Shown here piece after piece: positions 29,406-38,690 of a stretch of 64,000 nucleotides of DNA. The first letter of the stretch is position 1; every line of letters starts with the position of its first letter. The stretch comes from Candidatus Omnitrophota bacterium (GTDB lineage Bacteria; Omnitrophota; Omnitrophia; Omnitrophales; Aquincolibacteriaceae): assembly GCA_022709525.1 (NCBI GenBank), contig JAKLIQ010000003.1, forward strand, positions 129,771-193,770. The letters are read 5' to 3'. The notes below the pieces were generated by a model that was given only the letters and a program-made list of their open reading frames with translations, ran no database searches and had not been told where the DNA came from. The translations under genes were made by a program, and so were the position numbers.

Positions 29406-30455
29406 ATGGACAACATGAAGAATTACTTCCGCCTTTTAGCGGAGGACAAACAAAATGACGCCGCGAGCGCTTTTCTCTCCGTTTTTCTTTCCGTTGCGGC
29501 GTGGGGATACGGCCTCGGGGTAGGTGTATTCCGTTGGCTTTACGAACGGAAGATCCTTCCGCGCAAGAGGCTTCCGTATCCCGTTATAAGCGTCGGCAAT
29601 CTGACTTGGGGAGGCACAGGCAAGACTCCCTTTGTGGAATATCTGGCCCGTAAGATCGGCGCTCACCGCAAGATCCCTCTTGTGCTGACGCGCGGCTACA
29701 GCCACGACGAAGCCCTTGAGCTCCAGCACCATCTTCCGACGGCGGTCATCGGGGTCGGTAAGGACCGGGCCAAAGTGGCGGACCGCGTCCAAAAAGAAAG
29801 AAAACACGTCGATATCGCGATCCTTGACGACGGCCTCCAGCACCAGGCCCTGGAGCGGGATGTGGACATCGCCGTTATCAATTCACTTAATCCTTTCGGC
29901 AATGGCAAGCTGATCCCCCGGGGCATTTTGCGGGAACCGCCCGGAGTCTTGAAGCGCGCGGCCATCGTTGTCCTGACCCATGTCAACCTTGTAAGCCCCG
30001 AAGAGCTTAAAAGACTTAAGGAAAAGATCTCGGTCCTCGCGCCGCAGGCGCAGGTGATCGAGACGGTCATGGAAGTGCTTTTTCTTTACCGGGCCAAGAC
30101 CAAGGTCCGTATGTCGGTCGAAAAAATGAGCGGCCGGCGCGTCGCGACCTTCGCGGCTGTAGGGACCCCCCGTTCTTTTCAGCTCGTTCTCCAGAAATTA
30201 GGCGTTAAAACGGTTCGGAACTTCGAGTTCTTGGATCATCATATTTATACAAAACCGGAGCTTTTAAAGATCAAAGAGATCGCTCAATCCGCGGGCGCCG
30301 AAGAGATCATTACGACCGAAAAGGATTTCTACCGGTCGCGCGAATTGATCACAACCGCGCTCAATCCGTTCGTGCTTGCCGCGCGTCTGCGGGTCGTTTC
30401 AGGCGAAGAGATCCTGACCGACCGGCTTTTCCGCTTGCTCGGAGTAAAAAACTGA
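29406..30455 (+). CDS. lpxK: Tetraacyldisaccharide 4'-kinase
   Basis: ISVGNLTWGGTGKTPFVEYLA P-loop. Confidence 0.85.
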   Translation: MDNMKNYFRLLAEDKQNDAASAFLSVFLSVAAWGYGLGVGVFRWLYERKILPRKRLPYPVISVGNLTWGGTGKTPFVEYLARKIGAHRKIPLVLTRGYSHDEALELQHHLPTAVIGVGKDRAKVADRVQKERKHVDIAILDDGLQHQALERDVDIAVINSLNPFGNGKLIPRGILREPPGVLKRAAIVVLTHVNLVSPEELKRLKEKISVLAPQAQVIETVMEVLFLYRAKTKVRMSVEKMSGRRVATFAAVGTPRSFQLVLQKLGVKTVRNFEFLDHHIYTKPELLKIKEIAQSAGAEEIITTEKDFYRSRELITTALNPFVLAARLRVVSGEEILTDRLFRLLGVKN

Positions 30456-32404
30456 TGGAAGATTTTTTAGACCGTATCGCTTGTTTGTTTGCCAAAGCGC
30501 TCGTTTTCGCCTTAGAACGTTTACCGTTTGAAGCGAGACTGCGTTTCGGAAAAACGATCGGTCATCTTGTTTTCTTTTTTTCAAAGAAACGCCGGATCGC
30601 TTATACCAACTTAAAGGCGGCTCTTGGCGCCAAGCTTTCGGCAAGAGAACGCTGGAAAACAGTTTATGATCATTTGGGGCACATCGGCCAGATGATCGCA
30701 GAAGTCATGTCTTTTCGCCGGCTTACGCGCGAAGATATCGATCAAAATATCAAGATCCACCATCTGGAAAGATTCGAAAAACTTCTTCACTCCGGCCGCG
30801 GCGGCGTTTTGATCACGGCGCATTTCGGCAATTGGGAACTTCTTCAGGTGGTGGCGGGACTTCGCGGGACGCCGATCCATGTATTAGCGCGCGAACAGAA
30901 ATTCCCGCGTTTGAACGAATTCCTTAACAAGCTCCGCGAAACGCACGGATCGGTCGCGATCAGCCGCGGGGCGGGGATCCGTTCCCTTATCCGCGCGCTT
31001 CGCGAAAAACAATTGATCGGAGTTTTAGGGGACCAATCCGCCGGCAAAACCGGAGGCGTTATTCTGCCTTTTTTCGGCAGGAGGACGACGGTACCCACCG
31101 GAGCTTTTGAGCTTGCCCAACGCACCGATTCATTTATTCTCCCGTGTTTCATGGTAAGGACAAACGGCCGACAGCATGAAATTCATATCGGCGAACCGCT
31201 TAAAGACGACCCTTCTCTTGAAGCTTCCGCGCGGGTGGAATTCCAGGTAAAACAATATTTGCATGTCCTCGAAGATTTTATCAGCCGGTTCCCGGACCAG
31301 TGGCTTTGGGAGAATAAACGGTGGAAATACAGCTGGGACCGAAAAATCGTGATTCTTTCGGACGGGAAGGCCGGGCATTTTAAACAGTCGGAAGTGGTGG
31401 CTGGTATGCTAAGTGATTTTAAGGAATTTCACAGCCGTTCCGGATTGCAATTTGAAACCGAAAGGATCCTTGTCGAATACCGTTCCAAGCTCCACAGGAC
31501 CGCTTTGTTCTTGCTGGCGTTCCTGATGAAGCCCTGGATCCAGGGAAGAATCCGCTGGCTTGCTCCTTTTTTTACCGAAGAGACGCAGAGAGCCATCGAA
31601 GAAGTGAACGCGGATTTTCTGATCGCGGCCGGTTCGGGGCTTGCTCCGGTTCAAATGCTTTTGGCGCAAGAAACAGGTGCCAAGAAGATCGTGATCATGA
31701 ACCCGCCTTTTCCTTATTCCATGACCCATTACGATCTTGCGATCGTGCCCGCCCATGACGGCGGCAAAGTTCCCCGGAAAACATTTCGTTCGGTGATCAT
31801 GCCAAGCGGTTACCAGGCCTGCGACCGGACGGCGGATGTCCGGCTACTCGAGACAAAGTTGGGGGATGGGAGGCGCCCGAAGATCGCCGTTTTCTTGGGC
31901 GGCGCGACGCGGAGCTATGACCTGACCGTCTCGGATATGGAAAAGCTCTGTTCGATCCTTAAGCGCGTGGCACCCAGAGCCGGGGATTTTATGATTACGA
32001 CCTCCCGGCGCACCTCGGTCCATGTGGAGCGTTTTCTAAAGAGCACGCTTGCCGAACAGCCCGTCTGCCGGTTCCTTGTGATCGCCTCCGAAGAGAATCC
32101 ATCCTATGCGGCGAGCGGGATGATGGGGCTTGCCGATCTTCTGATCGTGACCGAAGACAGTCTCGCCATGATCTCTGAGGCCGTCGGAACAGGGAAGCGT
32201 GTGATCGTTCTCAGTTTGGGGGAAGGTGACCTGCCGGAGAAACATTACCGCTTTCATCAGATCTTGAGCCAGCGCGGACTCGTGACGCTCAGTTGCCTGG
32301 CGGACCTTGAAAAACATATCGGCGAGCTTTTAAACAAGCCGGCGTTTCCGGTACTTCGCCGGGAGAAAGAAACTTTAAGCGAACGCTTAGGGACCTTGAT
32401 ATGA
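30455..32404 (+). CDS. Fusion: LpxL/HtrB-family lipid A late acyltransferase (aa 1-~290) + ELM1/DUF1022-like domain (aa ~295-649)
   Basis: HFGNWELLQVV…PDQWLWENKRWK (LpxL) then KIVILSDGKAGHFKQSEVVAG (ELM1-like start). Confidence 0.65.
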   Translation: MEDFLDRIACLFAKALVFALERLPFEARLRFGKTIGHLVFFFSKKRRIAYTNLKAALGAKLSARERWKTVYDHLGHIGQMIAEVMSFRRLTREDIDQNIKIHHLERFEKLLHSGRGGVLITAHFGNWELLQVVAGLRGTPIHVLAREQKFPRLNEFLNKLRETHGSVAISRGAGIRSLIRALREKQLIGVLGDQSAGKTGGVILPFFGRRTTVPTGAFELAQRTDSFILPCFMVRTNGRQHEIHIGEPLKDDPSLEASARVEFQVKQYLHVLEDFISRFPDQWLWENKRWKYSWDRKIVILSDGKAGHFKQSEVVAGMLSDFKEFHSRSGLQFETERILVEYRSKLHRTALFLLAFLMKPWIQGRIRWLAPFFTEETQRAIEEVNADFLIAAGSGLAPVQMLLAQETGAKKIVIMNPPFPYSMTHYDLAIVPAHDGGKVPRKTFRSVIMPSGYQACDRTADVRLLETKLGDGRRPKIAVFLGGATRSYDLTVSDMEKLCSILKRVAPRAGDFMITTSRRTSVHVERFLKSTLAEQPVCRFLVIASEENPSYAASGMMGLADLLIVTEDSLAMISEAVGTGKRVIVLSLGEGDLPEKHYRFHQILSQRGLVTLSCLADLEKHIGELLNKPAFPVLRREKETLSERLGTLI

Positions 32405-34497
32405 AAGTGATGCAGCTTCTGCCGGCGCTTGAACTCGGCGGAACAGAGCGCGGTGTGGTCGATCTAGCACGCGCTATGAAAAAAGAAGGGCACGCGACCG
32501 TCGTAGTCTCTTCCGGCGGCGCGCTTGTCGCCGAACTTCAAAAAATGGGGATCCCGCATTATGGTCTTCCGGTCCATCAAAAGTCGCTCGCCGCGTTTTT
32601 TTTAGTCGAAGAACTCGTCAAGATCATCCAGCGGGAACGAGTCGACATCATCCATGCGCGAAGCCGGGTTCCGGCCTGGATCGGCTGGCTGGCGGCGCGC
32701 AAAACAGGCGTTCCGTTCATCACGACATGTCATGGGCATTATTCGGTCCATCTGATGAGTTTTGTCATGGGATGGGGAAAGCGTGTGATCGTCGCATCCC
32801 ACGCGATCGGAAGACGCATGATCGATGAATTCAATGTGCCTCCGGACAGGATCCGCCTGATCCCGCGCGGCGTTGATCTTTCCCAGTTTACTTTTTCTTT
32901 TGCGAAATTTGAGAAACACAAAGGGCCGATGCGAATCGTGCACATCGGAAGATTTTCTCCCGCGAAAGGACAAGTAGAATTTTTAAAGGCGGTCCATTTA
33001 CTTCGCAGCCGCCTTCCTCATTTTGAGGTGTGGATCGTCGGTTCGGAAGGGCGCGGCAAACATCGCTACACGGACCTTATGAAAAAAACGGTCCATCAAT
33101 TCGGCCTTGAATCCTGCGTGAAGATCCTTCCGCCGACCCGCGATGTGGCGGGGCTTCTGGCCCAGGCGGACCTTTTGGTCTTGTCGTCGCTTATCCCCGA
33201 GCCGTTCGGGCGCGTGATCATCGAGGCCGGCGCGGTTGGAACGCCTGTCGCGGCGACCTGGCTCGGCGGTGTACCGGACATTATCGACCATAACGAGAAT
33301 GGATTGCTTTTCCCGCCCAAGAATATTCCTGCAATGGCGGAAGCCATGTACGAACTTTTAACGGACCGGGAAAAAGCCAAGAATTTTGCGGTCAAACTCC
33401 GCAAAAAGGTGGAAGAAAAATTCAATCTCGAACAAATGGTCCGCAAAACGATCGAAGTCTATCAAGAAGTTAGAAAAAGACGGAAAATCCTCGTGATCAA
33501 ACTTGGCGCGATGGGCGATCTGATCCTGGTCGTGCCGAGCCTGCGGATGCTCCGGGAACGTTTTCCGGACGCGTCGATCACGCTTTTAGTCGACCGCAAG
33601 CTCGCTCCGATCGTTTCCGCGTGCCCTTATTTGAACGACATGATCCTTGTGGACCGGAAAAAACTTTCCAATCTTTTTTATCTTTTAAAGACCGCGCGCC
33701 GCGTCCGACGCGAAGGCTTTGATATCTCGGTCGACCTTCATAACAATAAATGGACGCATCTTCTGGCCTATCTTGGAGGTGTGATCCAGCGTTTCGGGTT
33801 CTCACGGGGGAAATGGGGCTTCCTGTTGAACCGTCCCGACAGGACCTTTGAGGTCGGAGATTCGCCCATCCGCCATCAATTCAGGGTGCTTTCCAAAGCC
33901 GGGGTCATCAAATTTGATGATGCGCTGGAGCTTTGGCCGAAGCCCGCAGACCTTGAAAAGGCCAAAGAAGCGATCACGACTTTAGAGCCCAAAGAGCATA
34001 CCAAGATCGTTGGATTCGTGATGGGATCAAGCCCGAATTGGCCGAGCAAACGTTGGCCCGCCGATCATTTCGTAAACCTTGCAAAACGGCTACTCGAAAA
34101 ATATGACGCAAGGATTGTTTTGATCGGTTCGCCGCAGGAAGCGGATCTTGCGAAGCCTTTTTATTCTTTCAAGTCCGGCGCTGTGCTGGACCTCACGGGG
34201 AAAACCGCGCTTGAAGAATTGCCGGCCTTTTTCAAACAGTTCCATCTGGTCGTGACGGGCGATACGGCGCCGCTTCATGTCGCTGCCGCCATGAACATTC
34301 CGACCGTTGCCCTTTTTGGGCCGACGGACGCCAAGCGCCATGTCCCGCCGGGGAAGCGGCTCGACGTCCTTTCCCATCATCTGCCTTGCCAGCCTTGCTA
34401 CAGCGGCACATGCAAGATCAAGGAAACCCAGGCCTGCCTGACGCATATTTCCGTTGAAGAAGTTTTTGAACACTGCCAGAGGATGCTTGGATCATGA
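32401..34497 (+). CDS. Fusion glycosyltransferase: GT4 (GT-B, aa 1-~360) + GT9 heptosyltransferase-like domain (aa ~365-698)
   Basis: EAGAVGTPVAATWLGGVPDIIDHNENGLLF (GT4 EX7E region) then ILVIKLGAMGDLILVVPSL (GT9 N-term). Confidence 0.7.
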   Translation: MKVMQLLPALELGGTERGVVDLARAMKKEGHATVVVSSGGALVAELQKMGIPHYGLPVHQKSLAAFFLVEELVKIIQRERVDIIHARSRVPAWIGWLAARKTGVPFITTCHGHYSVHLMSFVMGWGKRVIVASHAIGRRMIDEFNVPPDRIRLIPRGVDLSQFTFSFAKFEKHKGPMRIVHIGRFSPAKGQVEFLKAVHLLRSRLPHFEVWIVGSEGRGKHRYTDLMKKTVHQFGLESCVKILPPTRDVAGLLAQADLLVLSSLIPEPFGRVIIEAGAVGTPVAATWLGGVPDIIDHNENGLLFPPKNIPAMAEAMYELLTDREKAKNFAVKLRKKVEEKFNLEQMVRKTIEVYQEVRKRRKILVIKLGAMGDLILVVPSLRMLRERFPDASITLLVDRKLAPIVSACPYLNDMILVDRKKLSNLFYLLKTARRVRREGFDISVDLHNNKWTHLLAYLGGVIQRFGFSRGKWGFLLNRPDRTFEVGDSPIRHQFRVLSKAGVIKFDDALELWPKPADLEKAKEAITTLEPKEHTKIVGFVMGSSPNWPSKRWPADHFVNLAKRLLEKYDARIVLIGSPQEADLAKPFYSFKSGAVLDLTGKTALEELPAFFKQFHLVVTGDTAPLHVAAAMNIPTVALFGPTDAKRHVPPGKRLDVLSHHLPCQPCYSGTCKIKETQACLTHISVEEVFEHCQRMLGS

Positions 34498-34562
34498 ACC
34501 CTGTTAGAAACACGAAATATTTTAAAAAGGAAAAATACGATGCACTCCGTCTCTAACAGGGT
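34498..34562. repeat. Inverted-repeat mini-element copy C (ACCCTGTTAGAAAC…GTCTCTAACAGGGT)
   Basis: 13/14 complementary termini, 37-bp AT-rich interior, lies exactly between stop 34497 and GTG start 34561. Confidence 0.5.
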
Positions 34563-35589
34563 GAAGATCCTCGCGGTGATGAAAAATTGGCTCGGAGACC
34601 TTCTTTTCCAGATGCCGGCTCTTGATCTTATTAAACAAAAATATCCGGAGGCCCGGATCACTTGTATCGCCCCCGAACGCTGCCGGGAGATCCTAGAGGC
34701 GCATCCCGCCGTTTCGGATTTTTTGAGCTTTGACGAAAAGGGCGTTCACCGCTCGTGGTTCGCGAGAATAAAATTCCTTTTAGAGCTAAGAAAGAAAGGC
34801 CCTTGGGATCAAGGATATCTTTTCCACAGGTCCCGGAGCCGCGCGCTTTTACTTTTGCTTGCCGGCGTTAAGGAGCGGATCGGTTACAGCCGCGGGAGAA
34901 GGATTTTTTTAAACCGCCCGCTGATCGAGCCTGCGAAACCGATGCATCAACTGGATTATTTTTTTCACTTCATGAAGGAAGCCGGTTTCGAGCTTCCAGG
35001 CGAAAAGACATACCGGTTCTTTTTAAAGCCAGAGGATGAAAAAGAGGCTGCTAAAGCGCTGGAGTCCTCGGAGATTCGAGCCGGAGAAAGATATCTCTGT
35101 TTTCATCTCGGAGCGAATTGGGGCCCCAAGCGCTGGCCTTGCGGCCATTTTGCGGCGCTTGCCGATAAGATCGCGGAAAAAATGCGCGTTCCTATCGTTG
35201 TGACAGGCGCCGCAGGCGACGTGTCTCTTTGGGAGTCTTTCCGTTCTCAAGTTCGGCGCGCAAAAACCGTTTCTCTTATAGGAAAAACCGGGCTACGCGC
35301 GTCCGCAGCGGTCTATAAACGCGCGATCTGTCTTGTGACCGGCGATTCGGGGCCTATGCATATCGCATCCGGGGTCGGAGCTTCCGTCGTGGCGCTTTTT
35401 GGCCCGACCGATCCGAAACTGACCGGTCCGCGGGGAACGGGCGATAGTATTGTGCTACAATACGTTCCACCCGGTCATTCCACCCCATTTTTTGGCGAAG
35501 AAAAAGATCTTCCGGAAGGGGGATGGCTTGCTAAAATATCGCCCGATCAGGTCTTGGAGGCGGTCGAAAGGATCTTGAAAAAAGTATGA
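34561..35589 (+). CDS. ADP-heptose:LPS heptosyltransferase family (GT9)
   Basis: VKILAVMKNWLGDLLFQMPAL…GDSGPMHIASGVG; GTG start inside right IR (34540 start rejected). Confidence 0.7.
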   Translation: MKILAVMKNWLGDLLFQMPALDLIKQKYPEARITCIAPERCREILEAHPAVSDFLSFDEKGVHRSWFARIKFLLELRKKGPWDQGYLFHRSRSRALLLLLAGVKERIGYSRGRRIFLNRPLIEPAKPMHQLDYFFHFMKEAGFELPGEKTYRFFLKPEDEKEAAKALESSEIRAGERYLCFHLGANWGPKRWPCGHFAALADKIAEKMRVPIVVTGAAGDVSLWESFRSQVRRAKTVSLIGKTGLRASAAVYKRAICLVTGDSGPMHIASGVGASVVALFGPTDPKLTGPRGTGDSIVLQYVPPGHSTPFFGEEKDLPEGGWLAKISPDQVLEAVERILKKV

Positions 35590-36548
35590 ACATTCTTGTC
35601 GTGACCTTAAGCAATTTCGGCGACGTGATCATGACCACCCCTGTCATCATGGCGCTTGCCAGGAAATTCCCGCACGCCAAGATCACAACGGTGGTAAGCC
35701 CGCGCGCCCGGAATGTTCTTCAACGGAGCCAGGACATCCACAACATTGTGATCTATAATAAAAAAGCGCCGATCCTGGAAAAGTTGAAATTCATCATGGA
35801 ACTTCGCAAGCGCCCATACGACCTTGTCGTCGATCTGCGCAACACGGCGATCCCGTTCCTGGTCTCCTGCAAGAAAAGGACCCCTCTTTTCAGAAAATTC
35901 AAAAAGGTCAACATGCGGGACCGCCATCTCGAAGTCCTTGGGATGGTGGAAAAAGAGGTCCCGGAGCCACCGCCTTTTCAATTTTTCAATCAGGCCGATG
36001 AAGTATTCGCCTTACGGACGCTGGATGCCGCGGGGATCAAGGAAAAGAGCGGCTGGATCCTTGTTGCGCCAGGCGCTGCCAGCGAACGCAAACGCTGGCC
36101 CGCGGAAAATTTTAAAGAAGTGATCAAAGCGCTTCATGAGCAAACCGGAAAAAAGATCGTTCTGGTCGGGACGCTCGAGGAAAAACCCGTGGCCGACGCC
36201 ATTGCTTCAGACTTGCCCGGCATCGTGGGAAATGTCTGCGGCGAACTGCTGCTTTCGGAAACGGCGGCGCTTGTGGCCAACGCCTCGCTTGTGGTGGCTA
36301 ACGACAGCGCCATCATGCATCTCGGATTTGAATTGGATACCCCCACGCTCGGGATCTTTGGCCCCACCGACCACACCCAATACGGGCACGAGAGCCCGAA
36401 TTTCCGGATCGCCCGGAAAGAGCCCGAAGAATGCGGGTGCAATTCGCATAAGCTGCCTCCCGCCGAAAGAAATTGTTTTCACGGCCTGACCACGAGGAAA
36501 GTGATCGAGCTCTCCCTGGAGCTTTTGAATGAATCTAAAGCTGCCTGA
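35586..36548 (+). CDS. GT9 heptosyltransferase family
   Basis: ILVVTLSNFGDVIMTTPV…NDSAIMHLGFELDTP. Confidence 0.7.
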   Translation: MNILVVTLSNFGDVIMTTPVIMALARKFPHAKITTVVSPRARNVLQRSQDIHNIVIYNKKAPILEKLKFIMELRKRPYDLVVDLRNTAIPFLVSCKKRTPLFRKFKKVNMRDRHLEVLGMVEKEVPEPPPFQFFNQADEVFALRTLDAAGIKEKSGWILVAPGAASERKRWPAENFKEVIKALHEQTGKKIVLVGTLEEKPVADAIASDLPGIVGNVCGELLLSETAALVANASLVVANDSAIMHLGFELDTPTLGIFGPTDHTQYGHESPNFRIARKEPEECGCNSHKLPPAERNCFHGLTTRKVIELSLELLNESKAA

Positions 36549-37575
36549 GGCCCCGCGTATCCTTGTCACGCGAACCGACCGTATCGGCGACCTCGTTCTG
36601 ACAACCCCGCTTTTTGAAGCTCTTCGTAAAAAATTTCCCAAGGCCCATATCGCGGCTCTTGTTTTTTTAGAGCACCGGGAGATCGTCCGCGGCAATCCCT
36701 TTCTTGATGAAGTGATCCTTTATGATAAAAAGGGAAGCGAACGCGGTCTTTGGGGGCAGTTCCGGTTCGGATGGAAATTGCGAGGCAAAAAATTCGATAT
36801 CGCGATCCACGCCCACGGGACCAATCGCGTGCATCTAGCTGCCTGGCTTGCCGGCATTCCGGTCCGCAGGGGCTATGCGCGTCGCGCCGCATGGATGCTG
36901 ACGCATCCCCATCCTTACAATAAAAAAGAAGGGAAAAAGCAGGAAGCCGAATATCTTTTCGATCTTTTGGAGCCGCTGGGCATTTTCCCCCCGCGCGAGA
37001 TCAAGACTTTTTTTCCCGTTTCGGACCGCGCGGAACGCTCTCTTGAAAAACTTCTCGTTTTCCATGAAGTCCCACCAGGAACTCCCATCATCATCCTGAA
37101 CCCTTCGGCGAGCGATCCGACCAAAATGTGGCCGGCCGAGCGTTTCGCCGATCTGGTAACGCGCTTGCAAAAGGAATCTCCCAGGACTTTTATCGTGATC
37201 GGTACTCCCAAGGACCGTTCGATCATTCAAAGACTCAAACAAAGCGCGGGCGCCCCTATCTTAGATTTAAGTGGCAAACTTTCCTTAGGGATGCTCGGAG
37301 CACTTTTAAAAAGATCGGCACTGCTTATTTCGAATGATTCGGGACCGGTCCATGTCGCGACAGCGGTGGGAACACCGGTCGTTTCGATCTTCGGCCGTTA
37401 TGAACCGGGCCTGGGCCCCTCCCGTTGGCGTCCGCTTGGGGACCGTTCACGCGTTGTTGCCAAGGATATTTCCCGCATTCCTCCGGACCAGCGCCGATTC
37501 ACTTATATCGATGAGATCACCGTGGGGGATGTGCACCAAGCCGTATCGGATCTTTTGAAACAGGGAGGTTCATGA
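36529..37575 (+). CDS. GT9 heptosyltransferase family
   Basis: ILVTRTDRIGDLVLTTPL…NDSGPVHVATAVGTP. Confidence 0.7.
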   Translation: MNLKLPEAPRILVTRTDRIGDLVLTTPLFEALRKKFPKAHIAALVFLEHREIVRGNPFLDEVILYDKKGSERGLWGQFRFGWKLRGKKFDIAIHAHGTNRVHLAAWLAGIPVRRGYARRAAWMLTHPHPYNKKEGKKQEAEYLFDLLEPLGIFPPREIKTFFPVSDRAERSLEKLLVFHEVPPGTPIIILNPSASDPTKMWPAERFADLVTRLQKESPRTFIVIGTPKDRSIIQRLKQSAGAPILDLSGKLSLGMLGALLKRSALLISNDSGPVHVATAVGTPVVSIFGRYEPGLGPSRWRPLGDRSRVVAKDISRIPPDQRRFTYIDEITVGDVHQAVSDLLKQGGS

Positions 37576-38672
37576 TGCGGACGTTGCGTCGCGTTCTTAT
37601 CGTTCATCCCTATGGGATCGGGGACCTTCTTTTTGTGACGCCTGTGATGCGCGCCCTGCGTCTCATCCCGACCGTGGAGACCGTAGACCTTCTTTTGGGT
37701 TCCCGCACGCGCGAAGCCGTCGAGCATAACCCGCACATCGATGATATTTTTGTGCTGGATAAAGACCGTGTCCATCGCCAGAACTGGTTTGAAAATTTCC
37801 GCGAATTTATCGCGCTCGGCCGCCAACTGCGCGCCAAGCATTACGACCTCATTCTGGATTATTCACTGCGCCGCGAACATGCCTTCTGGGGCCGGTTCTT
37901 TCTCGGGGTCCCCCGGTGCGCCGGATTCGACTATAAAAAAAGGGCCGTCTTCCATCACATCCGTTACCCGCTTCCGGAAGCCTTCTGGAAGCGGCATACC
38001 GCGGATTTTTATTGTGATCTTGCCGAAGCGGCCGGGATCCCGGTCGAAGACCGTTTTCTGGAGTATTATTTTCCAAGGCCTGTGACCCTGGTCGAAGCGG
38101 AAGTCGCTTTGAAACTCAAACTTCTCCCCGAACATTTCATCGCTGTCGCCCCGGGCGGCGGGGATTCGTGGGGGAAGGACGCCTCTTTTAAGCGTTGGCC
38201 CGTCGAGTATTTTGCGGAACTTATCAAGCGGATCGAGAAAGAACACAAGCTTCACGGCGTCGCGATCCTTGGGAGCCATTCGGAGCGCGGCTTATGCGAA
38301 GAACTGCAGGCGGTGATCAAGCCACCCTCCGTCATTTTGGCAGGGGAGATGACGCTCGCGCAAACGGCCATGACGCTTAAAAAATGTTCGCTTTTTCTCG
38401 GCAATGACGGAGGGCTGGTCCATCTGGCGCGCGCTCTTCGCGTTCCTCTCGTGGCTTTTTACGGGCCGGTGCCGCCGGAAGTATACGGCCCTTACCCGCC
38501 GTCATCGGATGCGGTCGCGATCTCTCATAGGAACCTTGATTGCCGGCCTTGTTACTATCGATTCCGTTACAACAAACAGTGTGAAACGCTCGCTTGCCTG
38601 AAAGATCTTAAGCCGGATCAAGTTATGGAGATGCTTCATACGCATCCGGCGTTTTTAAAGCGCCGGCCTTAA
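37572..38672 (+). CDS. GT9 heptosyltransferase family
   Basis: VLIVHPYGIGDLLFVTPV…NDGGLVHLARALRVP. Confidence 0.7.
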   Translation: MMRTLRRVLIVHPYGIGDLLFVTPVMRALRLIPTVETVDLLLGSRTREAVEHNPHIDDIFVLDKDRVHRQNWFENFREFIALGRQLRAKHYDLILDYSLRREHAFWGRFFLGVPRCAGFDYKKRAVFHHIRYPLPEAFWKRHTADFYCDLAEAAGIPVEDRFLEYYFPRPVTLVEAEVALKLKLLPEHFIAVAPGGGDSWGKDASFKRWPVEYFAELIKRIEKEHKLHGVAILGSHSERGLCEELQAVIKPPSVILAGEMTLAQTAMTLKKCSLFLGNDGGLVHLARALRVPLVAFYGPVPPEVYGPYPPSSDAVAISHRNLDCRPCYYRFRYNKQCETLACLKDLKPDQVMEMLHTHPAFLKRRP

Positions 38673-38690
38673 CTTTTTAGGGAGGGCATC

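Noticed and set aside
34540-34560. ATG 34540 as start of the GT9 gene
   Set aside because: It would translate the repeat element's right arm (SVSNRV). GT9 enzymes conventionally begin with the KIL[AV][VI] motif right at the N-terminus, which follows GTG 34561.
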